A stretch of 63,850 nucleotides of DNA, filler included, from Atractiella rhizophila (taxonomy: Eukaryota): NCBI GenBank assembly GCA_021432655.1. It is 9 parts of 9 records of this genome, joined end to end, with 100 filler letters (N's around TTAATTAATTAA, not from the genome) between each part and the next. Parts side by side here need not be neighbours in the genome. Positions count along the whole stretch, not along the records: positions 49,220 to 56,491 come from MU272222.1; positions 56,592 to 63,850 come from MU272223.1; 7 more parts are not named here. One strand, written 5' to 3'. Below, in pieces: positions 50,444 through 61,659 of the stretch. A model generated the notes under the pieces. The model was not told the DNA's origin and searched no databases. It worked only from the letters and a program-made list of their open reading frames with translations. The position numbers and the translations under genes were made by a program. Position 1 is the stretch's first letter. Every line of letters starts with the position of its first letter.

Positions 50444-53400
50444 ATGTGGTCCCCTGAGGGACGAGGAGCAGCTCAGCTTGTATTTTGCCAATCGCGTAAC
50501 ACCGAAGTTTACAATATCCAAAGACTGACTCGGAACGGACCAATCTTACCAAAGTCCACGGCCACATCACTTCGTAATCCCCATAAACTCCAACAGATTC
50601 CTCTCCGAATACTGAGTGCCTGCATGTCTAACCTTCAGCGCGATAACTTTCGAGCCCCTGTTGATATCAAGAAACCAAATAAGGGAGGTCTACGAATCCT
50701 GGCCATTGACAACTGTGGAATTGGAATTCGAGGCTTGTCGGCATTGTACATGCTCGAAGCTATCATGTGCCAGGTGGCCGCCACCTTGAATGTACCTGAC
50801 TATCGTGACCTCCGGCTCTGTGAGTTCTTTGATCTTATCTGCGGAACATCGACAGGTGGTTGGATTGCCATCATGCTCGGAAGACTTGGGATGACCGTTC
50901 GTCAATGTATCGATGCATACCTGGATATCGTGGCGAAGGTCTTTTCAGAGGAGGCTCGAATCAGTCCAACAGCAAACACCGGGGATCAACCCTACTACTT
51001 GTTTTCGGCACAAAGGCTGGAGGAGGCGTTCATCTCTCTCATAGAACAGCACACTACAAGCTGTGGACATGCCGTCCCGATGAAAGACCCTGATCAACTC
51101 TTTCAAGAGAGGTGTAGGACCTTTGTTGTAGCCACCTACGAAGCCGATACCCGTGTATCGTGCGAAATTCACACTTACGACTCACTTTCGAAGCTGCACT
51201 CGGCTGCGATGTGCGCAGTTTGGCAGGCAGCAAGAGCGACAGCTGCTGCTCCAAACTTCTTCCCACCTCTCACCATCGATAACACTACATATGTCACTAT
51301 CGGATGGAATAATCCTTCAACCATGGCAATTACGGAATCGAAGCGTATTTGGGGGCAACGAAGTGAGATAGCCTGTTTTGTTTCTTTAGGCACTGGAGTT
51401 ACGCCTGCCCTGAGGATTGATGGCATTCTGCACAATCTGATTCAAGTGATGAAGGACATCGTGGAAGATTGCTCTAGAGTCTCCAATGAGGTTAAGATAA
51501 ACATGCAAGAACAAGGGTTGGGATTTTGTTTCTATCGATTCTGCGTCGAGACTTCAGGGGGTATCAGCTGGGAGGATTGGAGGAGAAAGGAGGATGTGGT
51601 TGGTCAGACAAAAGCTTTCATGGAAAGTATGAGTCACGAAGTTTTAGCTTTGACCAAATCTCTAACTCAGCGTAAGTATATGGATCTTCGTCCATGCTAC
51701 AAGTCAAGATGTTTCTTTGAGCAGTTCACCACCTGCAGATTGCCATCCGTCGGAAGCTACCACTCCCACCCCCACCATTGTGCTTCGGGAGAGAGAAAGA
51801 AATCAGCACGATAAAAAATGCTGCTCTGCCCGGCCAACGCGTAGCGATTATAGGTGGTGCAGGAAATGACAAATCTACGGTGGCACTGGCAACACTGCAC
51901 ACTGAGGAAATCAAGTCAGCTTTTACTCAGCAGCTTGAAGATCGTTTAGAGGAGCGGCGCTTTTGGGTCCGTTGTGACGCCTTCAATAACTTTTCTGGTC
52001 TATGGAACCATCTGTGTCAAAGTGTCTTTTCCTTGGTGCCACTACCAGGAACTATCGAGCTTGACATGGTTCCCTGCTATTTTCACAGTCAGAAGTGCCT
52101 CCTTGTGCTGGACAACCTTGAGACTCCAGCACGTTCCGATCCGATAAACTTCCAACCGTTTCTTCAGAGCCTGCTCTTCAACAACAAAGCTCAGTCCGTC
52201 CTTGTCGTCGCTCATCGTGGAGATCAAACAGAACCGATAGATTTGCAAGGGGCGCAATTTACTGCAGTAACAATGTGCGGCTTGGAGCAGGACATCGCTT
52301 GTAAGCTTTTTCAACATCATTTTCAAAACCCTCGCGATTCGCCAGATCTCGAAACAATCAGCGAAATCAATTCAAGCTTAGATCATCATCCCCTTTCGAT
52401 CTGTCTCTTTGCTTTGCGAGCGCGACATGACAGAGATCGATCCCTCAAGCAATTGCACGAACTCTGGGAAGCAATGAAGACGGATATTCTTTGGAAGGAT
52501 GAAATGGGCGGCACTCCCTCTCTTGCATCGTCGATTTCCTTCTCTCTTCGTTCTCCGGTAGTCACCGCATCCCCTCAAACATTATTTGCCCTTGCAGTTT
52601 TGTCTTGGACCCCAGAAGGACTCGCCCACGATGATTTGGAGGCCATATTATCGGTTGAGGACAGTTACAAAGCTGTCGACTCTATCCTCGCGATCGGTCT
52701 TGCAGAGAGGATTGGTGGGGTGGTAACTGGTCGACAACGTTTACGTGTGCTTGCTCCAATTCGTGAACACCTAAACAGCCTAGTGTCGCTGTCACGACCA
52801 CCGTTCTTAGAACCTCTGTTATCGTCTCTTGAGCCACTTGTCGCTCATCAAATACAGACAGCAAAGCAGATGATTGAACAATTTGAAGTGAAGGAGCGAC
52901 AAGTGGCATTCAAGTGCTTTCAGGAAGAATATCCCAACTTGGAGCACCTCCTCATAACAGCCATGCACCAACTCCCTCTCCAACGGCAAGTTTTTAGCTT
53001 CCTCAAAGATGCCGCGCATTTCTTGTACAATTACTTATTCCCTTCAGTTTGACTGGCTTCAGCGGTGGTGGATCTCAGCCGCACGCTTGTGGAGGAGTCA
53101 ACGGTTGTAGCATCATTCCTGTTCTATCTCGCCGTCACAAAGCAGGCAAAAGGCAATTTTCTAGATGCAATCCAACATTATATGGAGGCGAAAGAGATCT
53201 TTCTCGAGCAGGGGAAACGCAAGAACGTCGCCACTTGCCTCAAAGGAGTTGCAGATCTCTACTGGGTCAGCGGGAGACATGACTCTGCTCTGGAGGCGTT
53301 CCATGAGGTGAAAGAGATTAACCTTGAGGAGGGGCGTCACAAGAGAGTCGCCTGCTGCCTCGCCCGAATAGGGAGCATCGATTCGTTATGCGGCAGGCAC

Positions 53401-55062
53401 GACTCTGCTCTGAAACTCTTCCAGGAGGCGATGAAGATTCACATGGAGGAGGGAGATCGCGGTGGAGTCGGCAGTCTCCTTTATGACATTGGACGAGTCG
53501 GGTCTCGATGCGGGAGGCCCAATTCCGCTTTGCAAGCTTTTCAGGAGTCGAAGGAAATTGCTGAGGAGGAGAAGAACCCCGTAGCAGTCGCTGCTTGTCT
53601 CAAGAGCATTGGCGATGTAGATTTTGAATACGGGAGGACCGAATCTGCTTTGAAGGCATTCCAGGAAGCAAAAGAAATTGTCGTTCAGATGAATATGCCT
53701 TTGTTATTGGCCACTTGCATCAAAAGCATCGGCAGTGTCGACTTGTCGTGCAAGAGGTACGATTCTGCTCTGGAGGGGTTTCAGAAGGCAAAAGAGCTCA
53801 ACCTCGAGTTCGGCCATGCCGATGGAGTGGCGCATTGCCTCAATGGTATCGGCTCGGTCGACTCCGATTGTGGGAGGATGGATTCTGCTCTGGAGGCTTT
53901 TCAGGAGGCGAAGGAGATTTACCTCAGGCTCGGCGAACCCCTCGGTATCGCCGCTTGCCTCAAAAACATTGGAGTTGTCGATCTTAGATGCAGTAGGAGC
54001 GATTCTGCGCTTAGGGCATTCAAAGAGGTGAAGGAGATTTGTCTCCAGGTGAATCATCGCCGAGCCCTGGCTGACTGCGACAAGCACATCGGAGAGGCCC
54101 TTAGTCAATGTGGAAGAGACGATTCTGCTCTGAAGGCGTTCCAGGAGGCAAAAGAGATTTATCTCGCTATGGATCATCTACTGGAAGTGGCCAGCTGCAC
54201 CCGATCTATCGGAGAAGTTCATTTACGACGTGGAAGGTACGATTCTTCTCTGGAGGCATTCCAGGAAGCGAAGGAGATTTACTTCGACCTGGACTGTGGT
54301 TTCGGAGTCAAAGTGTGCCTCGAATGGATCGCAGTCGTCCATATAGAATGCGGGAGGGGTGATTCTGCATGGAAACTCATTGATGAGCTGGTGCCAAGGG
54401 GGAGACTCGGGCAGCTTAGATTTCCAGACCAGAGTGATAGTGGAGAACGTAGTGGAGAAGCCACAGGTCAGAAATCTAGACCACCTCCTCTAGCCAATGC
54501 CCAATCCTCAGCGCAGGATGTACTACCAACTCTTCCTCCCTCGCAACGCATCGTCATCAAGGAACCAACCCTCCTCGAAGTCCAAACTCCACCCCAATTA
54601 CTTCATCCAGACCCATCCGCTGCCATCACGCTCCATCTTTCCAAAGTCACGACCAAGCTCGTGATGCTCTCGACGGTCGCTCTTCCACCTACCTTAACAC
54701 TGCATCTCACTTCTCCGATACTGACATTCCATCTGTGCAACATACCTCATCGCACGTTCAAGCAACAGCTGGAGTCGTTGCTATTGGATTTGGACGGGAT
54801 TGACAGTGAGGGAAACGAAAATGTTAGGAGGGAGAGGAAGAGAATGGTGAGGAAGGCAGAAGAATTACTGGAAGAGTTGGAGAGGGGAGTCAAGGAGGAG
54901 TCGGAGACGCGATGTAGGAAAATTGGTACGTTTTTATTTGTGTTTTACCTCCTACTGACTGTAGATGTTGAACCCCAACTTCCAGAAGCGGCTGAAGCGG
55001 CTCTTTCTGCCTCCGACGCCGAGCCAACTTCTTCAGTAGGAGCACTCGAAAATTACTCCTAA
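50444..55062 (+). CDS. NLR-like protein: patatin - STAND NTPase - TPR array - BAG domain, with an internal in-frame TGA at 53050-53052
   Basis: Patatin FDLICGTSTGG and ARATAAAP. Phase-1 intron 51672-51724 joins it to LCFGREKEI, P-loop GGAGNDKST, RFWVRCD, Walker B LLVLDNLET and LDHHPLSI. The same frame continues past the TGA into 40-aa TPR-like repeats and a BAG-like C-terminus. Alternative start ATG at 50624. Confidence 0.85.
53140..54400 (+). repeat. About 11 TPR-like repeats with an exact 120-bp (40-aa) period
   Basis: ga(c/t)tctgc-like motif recurs at 53281, 53401, 53521, 53641, 53761, 53881, 54001, 54121, 54241 and 54361. Consensus GRxDSALxAFQEAKEIxLxxxxxxxVAxCLxxIGxVD. Confidence 0.93.
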
Positions 55063-55539
55063 AGACCCATCAGTTCAAAGGAGGTGAGTGTTTAGTATTT
55101 ATTAGCTCACTTGATTACGGAATGAAGCCGACCTCGTGTTCGTAAGGCTAGGAATCTTTTCATCTCTTTCCTTCAAAATTCTGGCATACGCAGCACTCGA
55201 AATGAATCAACAGTTTCTTGGCCTGACAGCCATACTGGTATGATGGTACATATTGAACACAAGCTGAGCGGTTGTGCGGTTGCGGCAATTGCGAATGTTT
55301 CGCTTCATAATCTCCCAGCGAGCACACCACTTTGGTGACAAAGCCTCAACTACGTTTTCTGCAACGACAGAACTTTGTTGGCACAGTAACTCAGTCTGCA
55401 ATTCAGCGCTCAAACGGCAACTTCTGGATCTCGAACTCATGTAGAAAGGGGGTTAAATGACCAAAATGTGCCATTATTGTCTTCAAATTAAGTGTCAAAC
55501 TTCTGGTGTTAGTTTGCAACTTGGGATGGCTATTGTGCC

Positions 55540-55720
55540 GGCAATACCGGCTGGACAGTGTCCGGTGACGGTGCCGGACTCCGTCCGTCCACCAAAACGA
55601 AAGACGACCAGTTGGACGATGACGAGGACGAGGTGAGCATTATCCCGTCCGTCCCAGAATAGCGTGGACGACGGCTTCCGGTAGGACGGTCTGGTTTATA
55701 GGGGGGGGAGCGATTTTGGT
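55540..55720. repeat. Cluster of GGACG/CGTCC motifs in both orientations; possible transposon subterminal region
   Basis: ccgtccgtcc, ggacgatgacgaggacga, cccgtccgtccc, ggacgacgg and ggacgg within 180 bp. No TIR identified. Confidence 0.3.
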
Positions 55721-56591
55721 ATGGGTAAATGAACTCGGGCTTGTTGAGCTGTGTCAGAAGGTACGTGGTCTCTGGTTCCTGCTTCAGGTTCTCTGAGTTT
55801 GAGGTGGAATTGCTCCTTGCAGGCCTCGCACACCTTATTCACAGTGTGCAAGAGCTGTTACGTGCCCTGGAAGGTTGGAAAGTCCCTCTCGTTCTCGCCC
55901 GTGTTAGTTTCAAGTCTGACTTCATGTGTGAGCACTTTTTCTTTCCCTGATCCAAGATATTGACATGCTGATCATGTTCTTTAGATGTATAGTTCATGTA
56001 ACTACTGCAATGCACCCAAGCCTCGTCCGAGTGCTCTTTGCCTCATATAAGCGCCTCTCCTTCCATCTTTGATAACTCCCTCAATCGAAGCTGCCATAAA
56101 ATGGCTGAACCCAATGGCAGGCCGTTGCGGCAGCGGACTCTCATTGATATGGTGAAGAGGAACAATGAGGATAACAATGCTCTCAGTCACAAACTCAAAA
56201 GAAAGGAACAAAAGGCCGTGTAAGGATCTTTCGTTCGCAGCCTGAGATGCTCGTACTAATCTGATTGACAAGACAGGCTGTCTAACATTCCTGGCTACGA
56301 GCATCTGCAGCTTCTTCTTAGCGCCTCTCAGAATATGAAAAAGCACCACAACCACATAAGTTTATCCTTACAATGGCGGATGGCTTTCATTTTACATTTT
56401 CAACCAATGTTATTTGGCACTAACCAAGGTTGGTGGGCTTCAGGTGGATTCGGCACTCTTTAAGAAGGCAACTTCACTTCTTCACCACCTTNNNNNNNNN
56501 NNNNNNNNNNNNNNNNNNNNNNNNNNNNNNNNNNNTTAATTAATTAANNNNNNNNNNNNNNNNNNNNNNNNNNNNNNNNNNNNNNNNNNNN

Positions 56592-57188
56592 TCAAGCGGC
56601 GATCAAGATCTCAACCAACGGAGTCCACCATGCACAAAGCAAGCCATTTCTGCTTCGCTACCACATGGTTAGAGACAACGTCCAGAGAAGCAATATCATT
56701 CTACGGTATGTGCCAACGCGACATCAGATTGCAGACGCTCTCACAAAACCACTTGCCAAGGACTCCTTTCACCAATGCATCCACGCTATGGGAGTACGCG
56801 ATATTGGAACTTGCATCATTTTCTCTTAATTGACACTCTGTTCTTTTCATTCGTGTGCGCTCTCACTTCTTCGTTCAGTCTTCACAATAGTTGTGTAACA
56901 GAGCATTTCTTTTTTCTTCATATTCACATCCATGTGAACACACACACCTTTACATCACAACCCATCCCACATTCCTATTCTCCATTGCAACTTCTCCCAA
57001 TTTCTTGTAGCGTACGGAGTGGGAGTGTTGAAGCTTGGTTGTTTTTCTCTTTTCGTTTTTGGTTTCCCGTTCATCTTACGCATTCCGCGTCTGTCTGTTC
57101 CGTCCGCTACTGTAGTTTAGTCTCGTTCGCATTACCTGAGGTTCATCTTTTCCTCTTCCTGTCTTTCTGATGAACCCCAGGTTCAACA
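56592..57188 (+). mobile_element. Ty1/copia LTR retrotransposon 3' end (RNase H, PPT, 163-bp 3' LTR)
   Basis: AAIKIS...HAQSKPFLLRYHMVRD...YVPTRHQIADALTKPL. PPT ggagtgggag ends at 57025. LTR 57026-57188 is bounded by TGTTGAA...TTCAACA. Confidence 0.92.
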
Positions 57189-57625
57189 CAAATGTGATGT
57201 CGGCACGTATAGCAATCGCAGCGTAAATTAGAGAGCCGATGGCTGCTTGATACAGCCTCTGGGCTTCAGGATTGACTTCCCTTTCATTGGGGAGTAGGTT
57301 GGTGTTTGTATTGAGAGTGGTGGACACTGGCTTAGTGTCTTACAATTAGTATTTCGTGATGATTTGGTCAATGTAGTTGGCTTGGGAAAGTTTGATGGTT
57401 CTGTCCTTGTGATTACGTGTGATTTGAATCCCAAGGAGTTGAACTCCTTCTCCTTGATCCGTTGCATCGAATTGTTGTTGGATGGCCCTCTTGGCCTCTG
57501 CTATCTCATTGTCATCGTTTCCAGCAACCATAAGGTCATCAACCAAAAAACAATGATCATCATCTTTCTTCTTTTCTCCTCATGTAAACACAGTAGTCTG
57601 CATTTGATCTCATTACGTTTGGTTG
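57189..57625 (-). mobile_element. Decayed Ty1/copia reverse transcriptase fragment (target of the nested insertion)
   Basis: SNADYCVY...LVDDLMVAG...LLGIQITRN...IKLSQANYIDQIITKY...YQAAIGSLIYAAIAIRADITF, with stops and a frameshift. Cut exactly at the LTR end. Confidence 0.88.
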
Positions 57626-58998
57626 GATGCGACGGTTATTTCTAATTCGAATTGCGTGATTTGGAGAGATCTCAATATCCAGGACATTTGGTTGAAGGAT
57701 ATGTCGACAAATGGAACGTATGTAAGAGGGAAGAAAGTCGGGAAAGGAATACATACAATACTCAAGCATGGGGATATTGTGACTGTTACTACTTTCTTCC
57801 CCACCACTGCAGGTATTGACCATCTGTGATGTAGGTTTTCGTTGGCAAGACCCGAATGAACCTCTTCCTCAAGATCCTTTGGCGTTCTGCAGCGGTATTT
57901 GGAGGAAGTATGATTTCATTGATGCCCTCGGAATGTTCGCAACTCTCTTTCTCGCCATGTCATCTCATATTTACTTTCATTGTGACAGGGGTACTCTCGG
58001 GAAGGTATGTCGCATGATTGAGTGTGAGATGAGCATTGTACGAGCCGTGGAGCACATCCAGAAGTTGAAACTGAACTCTGAAACGAATAAAGGAATGTTC
58101 GAGAAAGAGATGACGATCGTAAACGAGATTAACCATCCAAACTTCATCAAGCTCATTGAATGCTTTGAGGACGACAGTGACCTTTGTCTGGTCCTTGACT
58201 ACATTAATGGTGGAGACCCAATTAGGTCTCAAAATGTGGAGGTTTATCGGAGGAAGCACGGAAGTTTGCTAAGATGCTCTTCCCAGCTATCACTGCCTTT
58301 CATGCCAAAATTATTGTTCATCGAAATCTTAAGCCGGGACACATCCTCATTCTTCATGGGACAAAACCTTGTCGTGAAGATTGCAGACTTTGGCTTAGTG
58401 ACGATGGTCCAGGAAAGTGAATTGAGGACAACTTGGTACGCCTCTCCTAGCTTCCCTTATTAGTCCGTTGCTGATAATGGATTATTAAAGGTTGGCACCG
58501 GAGGTCATCACGAAGGAATTTGGTCCGTATACCGATAAAGGTGACGCATGGGCTCTCTGCCTCGTCATTCTTTCCTCCATGGTCAACACCTTTCCTTTTG
58601 ACCTCGAAAACTCGGAAGCACCTCTTGCCGCGTGGCTTGAGAGGTGTGTTCCTAAGTGGAAGGATTTGCCAGAGGGTACTTCTCCCGAATGTATGACATC
58701 TCATTGATCCATTGCTGCGTTGTGTTGATGTTGTACAGGTTACAACTTCCTCTATCGGCTATGCAGACAAAGGGTAGATGAGCGGATGAGCGTTACAGAA
58801 GCTTGTCAACGCCCTTGGATCCTAGATAACGTGAATCCTCAAGGGTGGAAACCTGTACGACTGGAGCCATCCTTCCCCAAAGGATGGCTTCTGGAGTCGC
58901 TTGCTCCTAACCCATCGTACACTGCAACGAAAAGTATCCACCTTATTCCAAGAAGCCAATGGGTCTCCCAGTCTTCTCCACCTACAACAGAAGACTAA
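57623..58998 (+). pseudogene. FHA + Ser/Thr kinase (Chk2/Rad53/Cds1-like) pseudogene
   Basis: FHA motif IWLKDMSTNGTYV...ILKHGDIV. Kinase motifs INHPNFIKLIECFED, DYINGGD, VKIADFGL and APEVI. Catalytic Lys replaced (RAVE), HRD changed to HRN and out of frame with its flanks. Confidence 0.8.
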
Positions 58999-59441
58999 CT
59001 TGTGGATATGTCAGAAAACGCTCGACACCCTCCCAGACCTTGAGGGTTCTAACAGAATTGTTTATCTGTTCTTTCCCGAATACCTCTTGTTGAATGATTC
59101 AACTGAAGACATTGTCAGTGCCGCTCAGAACGTCCCAAGAGCTTCGTACAACTGAGAATCAAATTCTCGCCTAACAATGGCTTCACTTGTACCCCAGAGG
59201 CCAGCCGTTCCGTCCGAATGAATGCCTCCAAACTGTGTTGACCAAGGAGCGATATCAGATTTTTAAGCTGGAAAAACACACGGATGTAGCATGTGTAAGC
59301 GCAATGTAGTATACTTACTACTGCTGCGAAGCGAAGAAAAGGAGACGGTCTAATGCATGAGACATGGCTAATAACACAGCTGGGATAACGTGTTACTATA
59401 TTGTAAGGCTTGACAAAGTTTCGCCTTGCTTTTGTGGAACA

Positions 59442-59653
59442 TAGGGATGTACAACGGGGCGTGGCGTGGCAGGTGTAAGGGGATACGCGAGCTTCGTTAC
59501 CATCAAGTGTATGTGGTGAGTACCTGAAGACGTGTTCCATTGTCTGAATAGCATGTCAAAGGTTGCGGTAACAGGTTTGTAGCTGGCTAACGCCTCACAT
59601 CTTGTAATAACCTGCAATGTTGACATTACTAGGCTAGATAATGTAAAATAAAG
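59442..59653 (-). mobile_element. Second copy of the hAT terminus seen at 49771-49982 (212 bp, inverted)
   Basis: Starts TAGGGATGTACAACGGGGCGTGGCGTGGC. Its reverse complement aligns to 49771-49982 (e.g. ctttattttacattatctagcctagtaatgtcaacattgca is shared). Confidence 0.9.
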
Positions 59654-60953
59654 GAAAACCCGAGCTTGGACCTGGCACGGATCCAAACGGGGAGTGAGCC
59701 GACAAGGGACCAAGCAGACTGCGAATTGAGCTCTGAAGAGGGACTCAGAGGACACTGCTGGCAGGAAGTTGATAAGAACCGTTGCTGGTAGTGAGGTTAT
59801 GATGCTGAGAATTGATGCCATCCATGATGGTGTCTTCAACGAGTACCGCCACTAGCCCTTGGGTAAGAAGTGAAGATGTGTCGGTTGCAGTGCTTCTAGT
59901 AAACCTTGACGCATAAATTGGACATGAGCTTGTCACCCGACGGGCGATTATAACTTGTTTCTCAAATGACATGATTGCTGGTTGTTGATGTACCAATCGA
60001 CATGATTCCTCAATTAATACAAAAGTCTCCCAACTGACATGAATTACTATTACTCATACAAGTCTGAAATAATTTTTACTTCAGACTGTTGAATAACAAA
60101 CTGTGCTTGTTACTCAGAGAAGAATGTTCAAAAGCAACCCACACCTCAAAGTGTTCTGCTTGCTTGATTTCTCGCTCTTGACAAGCCTTTCTTCTCTGTT
60201 TTTCTCCTTATTGCTCTGAGCACCATTCCGATTCACAATATTGTTTTGAATGAGCTTCTTTGCCTTCCAGTTATTACAATATCAGCCTATTCTGGAATCT
60301 GAGCTGATTAGAGATTAACAACTGAGCTGCATGCAGATGCCCTTTAAGGAACTGACATGACAGTTTTTATCTCGAAAGAATCCAATGGGATTTTCTGCAA
60401 TATGTCAGCGACTGCAATGGGTAAAATCTCAGACCTACCTGCTTAACTTCATCTGATGAATATTTGGACCCATCTGGGTTACACAGCAGACAATTATTAG
60501 CAAAGTGGGTTGGATTTTTTTTGCCTTCTACTCTGCATCGGGCACATCTGTGTATCTTTCTTATCCTACAACACTTTGATCAGATATTCAGGTGTGATGC
60601 ATTGGTTGTGGTGTTGCAGACACTGCACTATGTTGTCATTGAAATGAAATAGAACAAGAAATGTATATGAACTCTTGCATGGCATTTGTTGGACATATGA
60701 TCAATTGGATATCAGGCTTCACTTATGGAGCATGACTCAATTCTGGACTATGTGGCAACTGGTGTAGAAGGTTCTATCAGGCATGTGGCAAATAGTTCTG
60801 GAACTTTTGGCTGTCTGTGTACAAATACCCCTGCCAATGGAGTAAGATATCCAGAATAGTTCTCTTAGGATATCCACTCTACTTGGCAGGTTAGTATCTT
60901 TCTTAAATCTTGTAACAATACTTAGCATATCTACTCTACTTGGCAGCCTCCTT

Positions 60954-61015
60954 ACTTGATAGCCTTATAGAGTATCAGCCCTAACTTGATAGCCTTATAG
61001 AGTATCAGCCCTAAC
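60954..61015 (+). repeat. Perfect 30-bp tandem duplication
   Basis: acttgatagccttatagagtatcagcccta occurs twice in tandem. Confidence 0.95.
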
Positions 61016-61659
61016 ACTCACTTTTGTTATTCGAGACCTGTAGTCAGAGTGATCGCATTGATAATACTTGTCTCCTTGGACATGTCCTTTCTTGACCTGT
61101 ATGGGGTGGAATCTTGGGATACTTGTTTGAAGAAATTGTGGATGGTGGCATGGCGTGGAGTGCTGACCTACATCGAGAGAGAGAACAAATCATGCTGGAA
61201 GGATGTATCTACCTTAGAGCATATATGCTGTTGAATATGCACCTGAAGAAGACTGCGAGCCGTCATTGTAGAGACAGGCTGAGCTTGGGCTTGTGAGAGG
61301 ACTCAATTTCTGAAACTGCAAGCAGAATAGGACTGATGATGATGATGATGTTGATAATGATGACATCATATTTCAGAGCCTTTTCCAGCCTATTGGTCAT
61401 GAAGCTCTTCTCCTAGTTTGTGTAATGACAGCTAGACCATAAATCCCCTCCACCCTTTATAGAATGTAGTCTGCTACTCTTCCTCGCACTACCCCTTCAC
61501 TCCTGTTTAATCTTCTCCTTTTCTGGTCTAGAATTTGTCGGACTTGTGGACCAGCTTGCTGTGTTAGCATCTGAGATGGCTGGGTGAGATTCCAAACTGC
61601 CTAGCATGAGAGGGTTGACATGATGCACAGTAATGACTGCCAATGGGACGGTTAGAACA

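Noticed and set aside
55730..56491. Decayed minus-strand coding-like sequence with a CEAC motif
   Set aside because: Multiple stops and no assignable family; cannot support a call.
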